Below are positions 10,093 to 20,000 of a DNA stretch of 55,059 nt, piece by piece (position 1 is the first letter of the stretch; every line of letters begins with the position of its first letter). The DNA is taken from IMG/VR virus record IMGVR_UViG_3300032322_000635, positions 1 through 55,059 of that record; one strand, given 5' to 3'. Below the pieces are notes generated by a model. That model saw only the letters and a program-made list of their open reading frames with translations, was not told the origin of the DNA and ran no database searches. The DNA is from a virus. Lineage: Duplodnaviria; Caudoviricetes. The position numbers were made by a program, and so were the translations under genes.

Positions 10093-10632
10093 ATGGATTC
10101 ACGTTTAAAAAAATCATTATCTGCTGGTGGACGCGAAAATCGCGCGAGTCTTGATTCGGTTCGAGAGGCACCTGAGGATACGTTCGTATCGGCTGAAGAG
10201 CGTCGCAAGATGTGGAAAGACGAATGGACACAAAGCGCACTGCCAAACGTCCCTGAAATGAAGGGTTGGCACTTATGCTGGTTGTCATCAAACAATAGTT
10301 ATGACAGCATCGATAAACGTATCAGATTAGGATATACGCCTGTAAAGGTTGAAGAGATTCCAGGATTTGAAAATTATCGAGTCAAAGCAGGTCAATATGA
10401 TGGTTATATTGCTTGCAATGAAATGCTCTTATTCAAGATACCAGAAGATGTGTATCTCGATATTATGACGCATTTCCACCACGATGCACCGTTTGAAGAA
10501 GCGAATAAAATCAAAATTCAAGCAGAGCAACAACTTGGCGGACGAGACAGCAATGGTAAGTCACTCGGTCAGATAGAAGGCGACGGTATGGACAGTATAG
10601 ACAAACCAAATGTTGCGCCTAACTTTAGTTAG
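10093..10632 (+). CDS. Head-module hypothetical protein
   Basis: ORF track; start moved to ATG 10093 behind an AGGAG RBS. Confidence 0.75.
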   Translation: MDSRLKKSLSAGGRENRASLDSVREAPEDTFVSAEERRKMWKDEWTQSALPNVPEMKGWHLCWLSSNNSYDSIDKRIRLGYTPVKVEEIPGFENYRVKAGQYDGYIACNEMLLFKIPEDVYLDIMTHFHHDAPFEEANKIKIQAEQQLGGRDSNGKSLGQIEGDGMDSIDKPNVAPNFS

Positions 10633-10666
10633 AGCAGCATATTAAAATTAATATTTAGGAGACTAT

Positions 10667-11266
10667 ATGTCAGCAACTTTAGCTCCGTTTGGTTTACGTC
10701 CTGCGTTCCATCCTTCTGGTTTGGACCGCGCACAGGCGTTAGCCAACGGTATCCCAAGTACATATGCTTCAGACATTCTTAAAGGCCAAGCCGTTAAGTA
10801 TGTAGCTGGTGCAGGTGTAATTGAGCCTGTTGATGCAGCTGGTGACGCTCTTTCTGGCGCTTTCGCTGGAGTAGAGTGGACAGACACAACAGGTAGACGC
10901 CGCGTATCAAACTATTGGCCTGCTAACACAGCATACCAAACAGGTTCATGCGTAGCTTATTTTTATAACGACCCAAGCATTGTTTACGAGATTCAAGCAG
11001 ACGGCGCTGTAGAGCAAACAGCTCTTGGCCACGATGCTAATCTTAACAACTTTGCAGCTGGTTCTAACGTAACAGGTTTATCACAAGCAACATTAAACAA
11101 CGTTACATTAGCAACAGGCGTACAAGGTCAAGTACAGATTCTTGATATTGCTCCATACCCAGGCAACAACTGGTCAAATGGTGGATCTCCAGAAGCTGAT
11201 CCGTATCCAATTCTCCGAGTACAAATTGCACGACGTCAAATCGCTGCTGTTGTACCTGGCATTTAA
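10667..11266 (+). CDS. Probable capsid decoration/minor head protein
   Basis: Directly upstream of the MCP; AGGAG RBS; N-terminal APFGLRP and DPSIVYEIQ motifs. Confidence 0.6.
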   Translation: MSATLAPFGLRPAFHPSGLDRAQALANGIPSTYASDILKGQAVKYVAGAGVIEPVDAAGDALSGAFAGVEWTDTTGRRRVSNYWPANTAYQTGSCVAYFYNDPSIVYEIQADGAVEQTALGHDANLNNFAAGSNVTGLSQATLNNVTLATGVQGQVQILDIAPYPGNNWSNGGSPEADPYPILRVQIARRQIAAVVPGI

Positions 11267-11285
11267 TTAAAGGAAGGAATAAACC

Positions 11286-12200
11286 ATGGCAGCTCCAATG
11301 CGTAGTACGGACTTCCGAAGTATCGTTGAACCTATCCTTAACGAATGCTTCGACGGAGTCTATGATCAACGTACCGACGAATGGTCACGTGTTTTCCGTG
11401 AACAAGAAGGTATACCAAGAAATTACCACGAAGAACCAGTTCTTTATGGTTTCGGTGCAGCACCACAACTACCTGACGGTACACCAGTAACGTACCAACA
11501 AGGTGGCGTGCTCTTCTTAAAACGCTATGTATACAAAGTATACGGTTTAGCGTTTGCTTTAACGAAAGTTTTAGTTGAAGACGGTGACCACATCAGAATC
11601 GGTCAAGTTTATGCTAGACATTTAGCACAATCATTGATTGAAACAAAAGAAACATTATCTGCAAACGTTCTTAACGTTGCATTCAATAACGCTTACCCAG
11701 GTGGTGACGGTGTTGCTTTAAACAGCGCATCACACCCAATCGTAAACGGTACTGCAAGCAACTTATTAGCAACTGCAGCTAACTTATCACAAACATCACT
11801 TGAACAAATGTTAATTCAAATCAGACAAGCTGTTGACAACAACGGCAAGAAGATTCGTTTAGTTCCAAGACAACTCGTAGTTGCTCCTGGTAACATTTTC
11901 CAAGCTGAAGTATTGCTTAAATCTGTTTTAAGATCAGGCACTGCTGACAACGATGTCAACCCAATTAAATCAATTGGCTTGCTCGATGAAGGTGCTGCAG
12001 TTCTTTCACGTTTAACATCTGCTACAGCATGGTGGGTTCAAACTGATGCTCCTGAAGGCATGAAGCTTCTCATGAGACGTAAGTTAGAAAAAACTATGGA
12101 AGGCGACTTCGAAACAGACTCAATGCGTTACAAAGCAACAGAGCGTTACGATGTGGGCTTCACCGACTGGCGTGCAATGTACGGCACACCTGGCGTGTAA
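11286..12200 (+). CDS. Major capsid protein
   Basis: 304 aa; strongly biased codon use; GFGAAP, YGLAFALTK, PRQLVVAP, EGDFETDSMRYKATERY, DWRAMYGTPG; followed by a hairpin. Confidence 0.9.
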   Translation: MAAPMRSTDFRSIVEPILNECFDGVYDQRTDEWSRVFREQEGIPRNYHEEPVLYGFGAAPQLPDGTPVTYQQGGVLFLKRYVYKVYGLAFALTKVLVEDGDHIRIGQVYARHLAQSLIETKETLSANVLNVAFNNAYPGGDGVALNSASHPIVNGTASNLLATAANLSQTSLEQMLIQIRQAVDNNGKKIRLVPRQLVVAPGNIFQAEVLLKSVLRSGTADNDVNPIKSIGLLDEGAAVLSRLTSATAWWVQTDAPEGMKLLMRRKLEKTMEGDFETDSMRYKATERYDVGFTDWRAMYGTPGV

Positions 12201-12213
12201 TAAAACTTGGTGC

Positions 12214-12241
12214 GGGGGAGAGCAATCTCCCTCCATCATTT
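12214..12241 (+). terminator. GC-rich hairpin after MCP (possible weak terminator or processing stem)
   Basis: GGGGGAGA-GCAA-TCTCCCTC, GNRA loop, only a short T tail. Confidence 0.55.
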
Positions 12242-12246
12242 AGGTT

Positions 12247-12317
12247 CTAGGGAAATACTGCTTATCTCGACTGCCCTAGCAGACGTTATAGAGACGATAT
12301 AAGCTATATGCTATAAC
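12247..12317 (+). ncRNA. Candidate structured RNA (double pseudoknot) in the 5' leader of the gene at 12335
   Basis: CTAGGG/CCCTAG, GCTTATCTC/GATATAAGC and GTTATAG/CTATAAC pairings interleave; three GAC junction triplets. Confidence 0.55.
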
Positions 12318-12334
12318 ATGAAAAGGAATTAATA

Positions 12335-12919
12335 ATGGCACAAACAACCTTTAGCGGCCCAGTCAAATCTTTAAATGGATTTATTGGTGGCACAGCAACA
12401 AGTCCAATTGCAGTAACAACTGCACAAAACATTAACTCATCATACGGTACAACATCTGCAACAACAGGTGATACACGTTTGGTGTATGACAGATTAACAT
12501 TCACAAGCACAGGTTCAGGCGAAACATACAGAGCTTTCTCTGTAGTAACAGGCGCAGGCGGTGCTACAGGCGGTACAATTAACGGCGCTCACATCTCAAT
12601 GTCGGTGACAGGTAGTGGTACTATTTCAGGTGCAGGTAACGCATTACGCGCTACTTTAGGTTTAGGTGCATCAACAAACGCAGGCGGTACATTATCAGCA
12701 TTACAAGTTGATTCTGATATTTCAAGTACAGCAACTGTTCCTGCTACAGCTTCATTCATTCGCATCACTAACAGCAACACAGGTACAATTTCTAATTTAT
12801 TTAATTTACCTGATGCAATGGTTCAAGCTATTGGTGGTACAAGCACAACACCTACACAAAAAATCAGATTTGTAGATTCAGCAGGTACAGCTTATTTCTT
12901 ATACGCTGTTGAGGCTTAA
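12335..12919 (+). CDS. Probable virion structural protein (head fibre/decoration)
   Basis: N-terminal MAQTTFSGPVKS; Thr/Gly/Ser-rich beta-type body; AAGGA RBS. Confidence 0.65.
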   Translation: MAQTTFSGPVKSLNGFIGGTATSPIAVTTAQNINSSYGTTSATTGDTRLVYDRLTFTSTGSGETYRAFSVVTGAGGATGGTINGAHISMSVTGSGTISGAGNALRATLGLGASTNAGGTLSALQVDSDISSTATVPATASFIRITNSNTGTISNLFNLPDAMVQAIGGTSTTPTQKIRFVDSAGTAYFLYAVEA

Positions 12920-13092
12920 TGGAAATTACGAAAGAATTTCTACTTTCTGAAATTAAACGCCTTGAAGGCGAACGTAACCAAGCGTCAAGTTTTGTTACAG
13001 CGGCTCAAGGAGCAATTGATGCTTACACAGCATTAGTTGAGAGAATAGACACACAAACCGACCAACAAGGAGAAAATAATGGGTCAATTTAA
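12919..13092 (+). CDS. Small coiled-coil protein (57 aa, MEITKEFLLSEIKRL...)
   Basis: Manual translation; TAATG coupling with the upstream stop. Confidence 0.6.
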   Translation: MEITKEFLLSEIKRLEGERNQASSFVTAAQGAIDAYTALVERIDTQTDQQGENNGSI

Positions 13093-14239
13093 ACCGATGG
13101 TAAAAATGGAGACTACAGAACCTTCAGTAATTTTAAAACTGAAAAAAGGCGGTTCAGTAGCTCACAAGAAAATGAAAGATGGTGGTGGTTGTTCTGACCA
13201 TAAACCAATGAAAAAAATGATGGATGGTGGCGTTATGGAAGCTTTAGCAGCTCAACCAGCTTTAGTTGGCAAACCTGCTGGCCCAGTTGGCGCTGTATCA
13301 AGACCAAAAAAACCATCAATGGCAGCACGTCGTATGGCCATGATGAGAAAAGGTAAGCGCCCATTTAAAGAAGGTGGCGAGTCAAAAGCTGTACACACAG
13401 CTGAGATGAAGAAGATTAATAAAGTCGAAGGTGAATTAAAATCTCACGAAGGCAAACCAGCTTCTAAAGCTCATAAAGGTTATGCTAACGGCGGCATTAT
13501 TAAATCTACATCAGGCAAATCAACAATCAACACAGCAGAACACACTACTAAGACTAGTGGCAAAACTGGTGACGTTAAGTATGGCAATGGTGGCGGTTAT
13601 AAAACTGGCGGCGTTGTTTTAGGTAACGGCGGTGGTTACAAAACTGGTGGTGTTGCTCTTGGTAATGCAGGTGGTTACAAAAAAGGCGGCAGCTCAAAAA
13701 AAGCGTATGCTAACGGTGGTTCAGTGCAAAATGAAGGCAAAGCCGTTAGTATGCCACAAGGAAATAAAAAGCCTTCAAGCCCTGTAAGTATCAGTAAACT
13801 TTCAGGCACTTTTAAAAATGGTGGCAACGTATCGTCTAAAGCGTTACAAGCTATGTTTAAAAAGGAAAATGCTCCAGCTTTAAAATCTGCCAAAAAAGAC
13901 TCTAATGAAGTTTATAGCGTCTATGCTGGCAAAAAAAAAGATAAGCATTTTGTAGGTGGTGGTCATGCTGAAGGTGATGCTTCAGATAATGTAAGTGACT
14001 TAGCTTATGAAGCTGTTATGAAAGCCGAGAAATCTGGTAAAAAAACCATGATTGATCCTAAAAAAGGCTCAGTAACAGAATCAGAAAGAGAAGTTGTTCG
14101 CAAAACTACGCCAGCTGATAAAGAATATCCGTCAGGAATGACTGATAAACAGATAGATGACTTTTTAAGGCAAGATCTAATGAGAAGGCTTTATGAGCGT
14201 CATATCGATAAAAAAAATGGCGGTAAAGTAGGCAAGTAA
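13079..14239 (+). CDS. Basic Lys/Gly-rich protein built from ~12 xKxGG/xAxGG motifs
   Basis: LKKGG, MKDGG, MMDGG, FKEGG, YANGG x2, YKTGG x2, YKKGG, FKNGG, FVGGG, KKNGG; AAGGAG RBS. Confidence 0.75.
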   Translation: MGQFKPMVKMETTEPSVILKLKKGGSVAHKKMKDGGGCSDHKPMKKMMDGGVMEALAAQPALVGKPAGPVGAVSRPKKPSMAARRMAMMRKGKRPFKEGGESKAVHTAEMKKINKVEGELKSHEGKPASKAHKGYANGGIIKSTSGKSTINTAEHTTKTSGKTGDVKYGNGGGYKTGGVVLGNGGGYKTGGVALGNAGGYKKGGSSKKAYANGGSVQNEGKAVSMPQGNKKPSSPVSISKLSGTFKNGGNVSSKALQAMFKKENAPALKSAKKDSNEVYSVYAGKKKDKHFVGGGHAEGDASDNVSDLAYEAVMKAEKSGKKTMIDPKKGSVTESEREVVRKTTPADKEYPSGMTDKQIDDFLRQDLMRRLYERHIDKKNGGKVGK

Positions 14240-14246
14240 CTAGGAT

Positions 14247-14275
14247 GGGGAGGTAACTCCCCTCCACTAATTTTT
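14247..14275 (+). terminator. Probable intrinsic terminator
   Basis: GGGGAG-GTAA-CTCCCC stem-loop with a T5 run slightly downstream. Confidence 0.6.
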
Positions 14276-14287
14276 AAAGGATTAATT

Positions 14288-15067
14288 ATGGCAACAACAA
14301 TTTCATCTATCACACGCCAAGGCACTTTTGAGCCATTTGGCTTGCAGGTTTCGCGCGGTCAAATTCAAGGTCACAGCACGGTCATCGTGTTTGGCTACAA
14401 CCCAGATGTGGACACATCTGAAGAAACTGTTTGGCCTGATGGCGGCACTATTCCGCATCCAACCGTTGCGTCCGTTCTGAAGATCAGTTCATCTAGTGCC
14501 AACGACACATCTGCTGGAACTGGTGCGCGTACTGTCTACATCGAAGGCGTGGACGGGAACTATGAAGTAGTCAGTGAGACGGTGACATTGAATGGTCAAA
14601 CAGAGGTCAACACTACAAACTCATATTTGTATGTGAACAGCTTCTATGTAGTCACCGCTGGCTCTGGTGGTTCAAACGCAGGCAACATAAATGCTGGCAC
14701 AGGCACAGTGACATCTGGCGTCCCAGCCGTGCTATACGACATTATTGCGGCTGGCTATAACAACCGCACCACAGGTCATTACTGCGTACCCGCAGGCTAC
14801 ACAGGCTATATGACTGAAGGCCTTTTGTCTGCTGGGCAAGCCTCTGGCTCAACTTCTGTTACTGGCTTTCTAAGGCAACATGGACCCGACAATATTTTGC
14901 GTGTTGGCGCAGTTACTACTGTGAACAACAGCTCCGCTGTGTTTATGTTTGAACAACCTTACATAATTCCAGAAAAGAATTGTGTTGGTGCAACTGCAAT
15001 AGGTGCTGCTGCTAATAATGCTGTAAGCTCATTTTTTAATATTATTTTAATTAAAACAGGTCCGTAA
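14288..15067 (+). CDS. Probable virion structural protein
   Basis: 259 aa, beta-rich; FGYNPDV and GTGARTVYIEG motifs; late-operon position. Confidence 0.6.
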   Translation: MATTISSITRQGTFEPFGLQVSRGQIQGHSTVIVFGYNPDVDTSEETVWPDGGTIPHPTVASVLKISSSSANDTSAGTGARTVYIEGVDGNYEVVSETVTLNGQTEVNTTNSYLYVNSFYVVTAGSGGSNAGNINAGTGTVTSGVPAVLYDIIAAGYNNRTTGHYCVPAGYTGYMTEGLLSAGQASGSTSVTGFLRQHGPDNILRVGAVTTVNNSSAVFMFEQPYIIPEKNCVGATAIGAAANNAVSSFFNIILIKTGP

Positions 15068-15069
15068 TC

Positions 15070-15222
15070 ATGCCGCTTATTAAAAGCAAATCACCGAAAG
15101 CATTTAAGGCAAATATTAAGGCCGAAATTAAAGCTGGCAAGCCACAAAAGCAAGCCGTAGCTATTGCTTACGCTGTAAAAAGATCTGCTAAAAAATCTAA
15201 TGGCGGATCATGCAAATGGTAA
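15070..15222 (+). CDS. Small basic protein (50 aa, MPLIKSKSPKAFKANIKAEIKAGKPQKQAVAIAY...)
   Basis: Manual translation; GKPQKQAVAIA motif recurs in phage head modules; ends KSNGGSCKW. Confidence 0.7.
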   Translation: MPLIKSKSPKAFKANIKAEIKAGKPQKQAVAIAYAVKRSAKKSNGGSCKW

Positions 15223-15614
15223 AGAGAGGATTATATGAAAATATTCATAGAAAACGTCAAAGAATTGCTGAAGGCAGCGGTGAAAAAATGCGCAAAGTTG
15301 GATCAGCAGGAGCTCCAACCGCAGCAGACTTTAGACAATCAGCAAAAACCGCAAGAAGAGCAGATGGCGGAGGAGTCAGCCTCTCCGTTGGAAGAGGAGA
15401 AAAACTCCCAACCGATAGAGGAGCAGGGCTCACCAATAAAGGAAGACTAAAATATAACAGAGAAACAGGAAGTAATTTAAAAGCACCACAACCTCAGGGA
15501 GGTTCACGTAAGAATAGTTTTTGTGCACGCATGTCAGGTGTTGTAGAACACGCTAAAGGCGATGCACCAAGAGCTAAAGCTTCTTTAAGACGTTGGAAAT
15601 GCTCAGGCTGGTAA
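15210..15614 (+). CDS. Basic hypothetical protein (C-terminal RKNSFCARM...SLRRWKC domain)
   Basis: ORF track; two small modules (GLYENIH... and GAGLT...SFCARM) joined by an RRADGG motif. Confidence 0.65.
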   Translation: MQMVKRGLYENIHRKRQRIAEGSGEKMRKVGSAGAPTAADFRQSAKTARRADGGGVSLSVGRGEKLPTDRGAGLTNKGRLKYNRETGSNLKAPQPQGGSRKNSFCARMSGVVEHAKGDAPRAKASLRRWKCSGW

Positions 15615-15623
15615 AGGGAAAAT

Positions 15624-16718
15624 ATGGCTTACTCAGGCACAATTGGTACAACCGTAATCAAGGTACAGGACTTTATTGATGAAGGCGCAAGACGTTGTGG
15701 TAAATTAGCTGAAGAATTAACTTCAGAACAACAAATCTCCGCAAGAAGATCATTAAACTTCTTACTTTCGCATTTAATTAATATTGGTATTCAATATTGG
15801 GCTATTGACAAGAAGGTTTTTGGCCTCAATGCCAATCAATATATCTATGAGCTACCTCTAGGTTCTAATGACGTTTTAAATGCGTTATATCGTACCATAA
15901 CACGCCCTACACCTAACGCTGATGGCGCTTACATTACATCAGTAGCTTTATCTACGGGAAACTTAGCAAATGTTTTTGACAGTGACATTGATACTTATGC
16001 CATACAAAGTGCAGCTAATGGATATTTTGCCCTCAATTATGGCCTTAATAATTATGTATATGCTGGATCAATAGGATTCATGCCATACATAGCGAATCAA
16101 GGCACTGCAACTTGGTCGTTTACATATGAATACTCTACTGACGGTACAACATGGCTAACTTTAAAAGATATGCCAGATACAGTTGTGACTGATAAACAAT
16201 GGATATGGACAGACATTGACCCTGGCCAAACAGTGCAATACTACCGCGTTAGAGGCTACAACGGCACTACTTTAGCGTTACGTGAGTGGTATGTAGGTGA
16301 CAATACAACTGAAGTCATGATGTCTCGTTTAAATCGTGATGACTACACTAACTTACCAAATAAAAACTTTACTGCTAATCAGCCGTTTCAATTTTGGTTT
16401 GATCGCACAATTCCTAAACCATCTATCTATTTATGGCCAACTCCAAGTGATCCGTTTGTTCAAATGACTGTATGGTACTCACGTCAAATCATGGATGTAG
16501 GTGCTTTAACTGATGAATTAGAAGTGCCACAACGTTGGTATGAAGCTGTCGTTATGATGTTAGCTCATAGAATGGCATTGTCATTACCACAAATTCCTAT
16601 GGATCGCATCATGTATTTAGAGAAAATGGCTGCACAATATCTCAATGACGCAGAACAAGAAGAAAGAGATAGATCGCCAGTTTATTTTGCGCCTAACATA
16701 AGTGTATATACTAGATAA
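15624..16718 (+). CDS. Probable head-tail connector/tail adaptor with an inserted discoidin-like domain
   Basis: SARRSLNFLL, LNRDDYTNLPNK, LWPTP and VPQRWYEA adaptor-type motifs; central EYSTDGTTW...YYRVR beta-sandwich. Confidence 0.55.
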   Translation: MAYSGTIGTTVIKVQDFIDEGARRCGKLAEELTSEQQISARRSLNFLLSHLINIGIQYWAIDKKVFGLNANQYIYELPLGSNDVLNALYRTITRPTPNADGAYITSVALSTGNLANVFDSDIDTYAIQSAANGYFALNYGLNNYVYAGSIGFMPYIANQGTATWSFTYEYSTDGTTWLTLKDMPDTVVTDKQWIWTDIDPGQTVQYYRVRGYNGTTLALREWYVGDNTTEVMMSRLNRDDYTNLPNKNFTANQPFQFWFDRTIPKPSIYLWPTPSDPFVQMTVWYSRQIMDVGALTDELEVPQRWYEAVVMMLAHRMALSLPQIPMDRIMYLEKMAAQYLNDAEQEERDRSPVYFAPNISVYTR

Positions 16719-17080
16719 TGCCAAAATGGTTAGATACAACAGGCATGGCATCACTTGCGATTGCCGTATGCGACCGATGCAAAATGAAAAGGCCTTTCTC
16801 GGACCTTCAATCTGATTTTAATTTCCCTGGCCTACGAGTATGTAGCTATGGCTGTAAAGATCAGATGGACCCATATCGTCTTGCTGCCAGAAAAACAGAG
16901 CGTATTAATTTAAGATTTCCACGCCCAGATGTAAGTGTAGCAACTAACCCTAATGAGCTTATTACAGGCGAATACGGAGGTTACGTTATATCTACCGAAG
17001 GCAACAACAATGTTATTCAAAACGATGGAAACAATGATGGTTTAGTAGTAACTCCTCCATTATTACCAGAACAAGACTAG
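16718..17080 (+). CDS. Small Zn-finger (CDRC...CSYGC) tail-module protein
   Basis: AVCDRC, GLRVC..GC.D, LRFPRPD. Confidence 0.65.
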   Translation: MPKWLDTTGMASLAIAVCDRCKMKRPFSDLQSDFNFPGLRVCSYGCKDQMDPYRLAARKTERINLRFPRPDVSVATNPNELITGEYGGYVISTEGNNNVIQNDGNNDGLVVTPPLLPEQD

Positions 17081-17087
17081 GACTAAA

Positions 17088-20000
17088 ATGGCAAACGTAC
17101 AGATAACCCAATTACCTAATGCCAACCCTCTTGTAGGTAACGAGCAAGTACCTATAGTACAAAGCGGCATTACTGTAAAGACTACTACTGGTGCTATTGC
17201 AGCGGCTTCAGGCCCGTTATTAAATGCTGAGTTTATACTAGTTAATTCCGATCCATTACTTCCAAATAGTAGATATTTAAGTACTGTCTTACCTATTGAT
17301 TCTGTAGATAATGGTGCTGGATCAAATATTGTTATTTCATTAAGAAACTCAAACGTCACGCCTGGTTCGTACACAAACGCCAACATTACAGTCAATTCAA
17401 AAGGTCTTATTACTGCAGCATCTAACGGAACTGGACCCACAGGAACTGTTAGTCAAATTAATACGGGTACTGGACTTACTGGTGGCCCAATTACAACAAC
17501 TGGCACAATATCAATTGATCCAACTGTAACAGCTACACTTACAGACATACAGACACTTACAAATAAAACAATTAGCGGCACAAACAATACGCTCACTAAT
17601 ATTGGTAACGCATCGCTTACAAATAATTCTGTTACATATAACGGCGTAACAGTAGCGTTAGGTAGCTCTGGCACTATATCAGCCGCAAGTCCTTTTTCAC
17701 TATCTACTGGAACAGGATTAACTGGTGGCCCGTACGACGGATCATCTGCAGTTACAATTACTATTGATTCTACTGTAGCAACGATTACAGGCGCTCAATC
17801 ATTTACAAATAAAACAATTAATGCATCACTCAACACATTAACAAGTATTCCAAATGCGTCATTAGATAACAGCACAATTACAATTAACAGCTCTCCAGTA
17901 AGTTTGGGCGGAACCATCACTGTAACTGCAACTGTAACAAATCCACTTACCATTGGCACAGGTTTATCTGGCACAAGTTTTGATGGATCAAGCCCTGTTA
18001 CTATTGCTATTGACTCTACAGTTGTTACGTTAACTGACAATCAAACTTTAACTAACAAATCTATTAGTGGCGCTACAAATACATTATCTGCTATACCTAA
18101 TGTTGCATTAGATAATAGTTCTATCACAATTAATGGCAGCCCTGTAAGCCTTGGTGGATCTATTACAGTTACAGCTTCAATTAGTACATTGACTATTGGA
18201 ACAGGCCTCACAGGCACAAGCTATAACGGAACTGCTCCAGTTACTATAGCTATTGACACTACTGTTGTTGCTACAACTAACAACTCATTAACACTGACTA
18301 ATAAGTCAATCAGCGGATCAACTAATACATTAAGTAACATTGCAAACAGTTCACTTACAAATAGCTCTGTTACATTTAATGGCTCAACTGTAAGTCTTGG
18401 TGGTTCTGCAACCATCACAGCTGCAAATCCTAATGCGTTAACTATAGGAACTGGATTAACTGGTTCTTCATATAATGGCTCATCTGCGGTCACAATTGCA
18501 ATTGATAATACTGTTGTTGCAACAACTAATAATTCATTGACATTTACTAACAAGTCAATCAGTGGAGCAACTAATACATTAAGCAACATTGGTAACAGCT
18601 CATTAACTAACAGCTCTGTAACAATTAACGGATCTTCAGTTAGCCTTGGTGGATCAACGACTGTTACAGCAACTGCAACTAACGCGTTAACGATTGGCAC
18701 AGGTTTATCTGGTACATCTTACAATGGTTCAAGCGCCGTAACTATTGCAATTAACTCTACGGTAGCAACGTTAACTGGTACTCAAACCCTAACAAATAAA
18801 ACACTTACTACACCTGTAATCTCTAGCATTACAAATACAGGGACCATTACATTACCTACTTCTACAACAACTTTAGTAGGTAGAGATACTACAGATACAC
18901 TTACCAATAAGTCTATTAGCGGCTCTACAAACACACTAACTAATATTGGTAATGGCTCATTAACAAATAGCTCAGTTACATTCAATGGAACTACAGTAAG
19001 TTTAGGTAGTTCTGGAACTATTACTGCAGCAAATCCTAACGCACTAACAATTGGAACTGGACTAACTGGAACGTCTTATACAGGAGCTTCATCAGTAACA
19101 ATAGCCATTGATAGCACAGTAGCTACTTTAACTGGCGCCCAGACTCTTACTAATAAATCGATTAGCGGATCAACCAATACATTATCAAATATTGGTAATG
19201 CATCACTGACAAATAGTTCTGTAACCATTGGATCTACAAGTGTTGCATTGGGCGCAACTACTTCTACATTGTCAGGATTAACAACCGTCACTGTAACTCA
19301 AGATCCAACAACAGCACTTCAATTAGCAACTAAACAATATGTAGACGGTTTGGTTGCTTCTGGAATTCACTTCCACGAGCCAGTGCGCGTTGAGTCGCCT
19401 ATCAATCTGAACGCAACCTACAACCAACCTGGTGGAGCTGGTAATGGTGTTGGCGCAACATTAACCAATGCGGGCACACAAGCTGCCTTGGTAATTGATG
19501 GAGTTACCCTTTCAGTCAATGACCGTGTTCTAATTTATTTACAAACAACGCAAACTCAAAATGGTGTTTACGTTGTAACAAGCGTAGGTTCTGCTTCAAC
19601 AAACTGGATTTTAACTCGTTCTGCCGATACTGATACATACGGGCTTACTAGTTCAACAACGCTAGGCGAAGGTTCAACTTTCTTTGTCCAGCAAGGCGCA
19701 ACTGGCGCTGGTACATCCTACACCTGTAATACAAGTGGCGTTATTACTTTTGGCACAACTAACATTACGTTTGCTGAAATTAGTTCTACGCAAATTTACA
19801 GCGCTGGTACAGGATTAACTTTAACAGGCACACAATTTAGTATCACAAACACAAGTGTAACGGCCGCTACATATGGTTCTGCATCATCAGTTCCAGTGAT
19901 TGCAGTTAATGCACAAGGCCAAATTACTTCTGCTACAAATACATCAATTGCTATTGCAGCAAACCAAATTACTTCTGGCACTATATCTGTATCACAAGGT

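Noticed and set aside
10150-10175. GGTTCGA as a tRNA T-loop
   Set aside because: It lies inside a CDS with no cloverleaf; no tRNA was recognised anywhere in the window
12247-12317. HDV-like, hammerhead or twister ribozyme assignment for the pseudoknot element
   Set aside because: Helix order and catalytic core sequences (such as CUGANGA/GAAA) do not match by eye; kept only as an unassigned structured RNA
13931-13940. A-run as a programmed frameshift site (similar run near 8799)
   Set aside because: Lys-codon runs are expected in an AT-rich genome; reading frames are intact and I saw no supporting alternative-frame product
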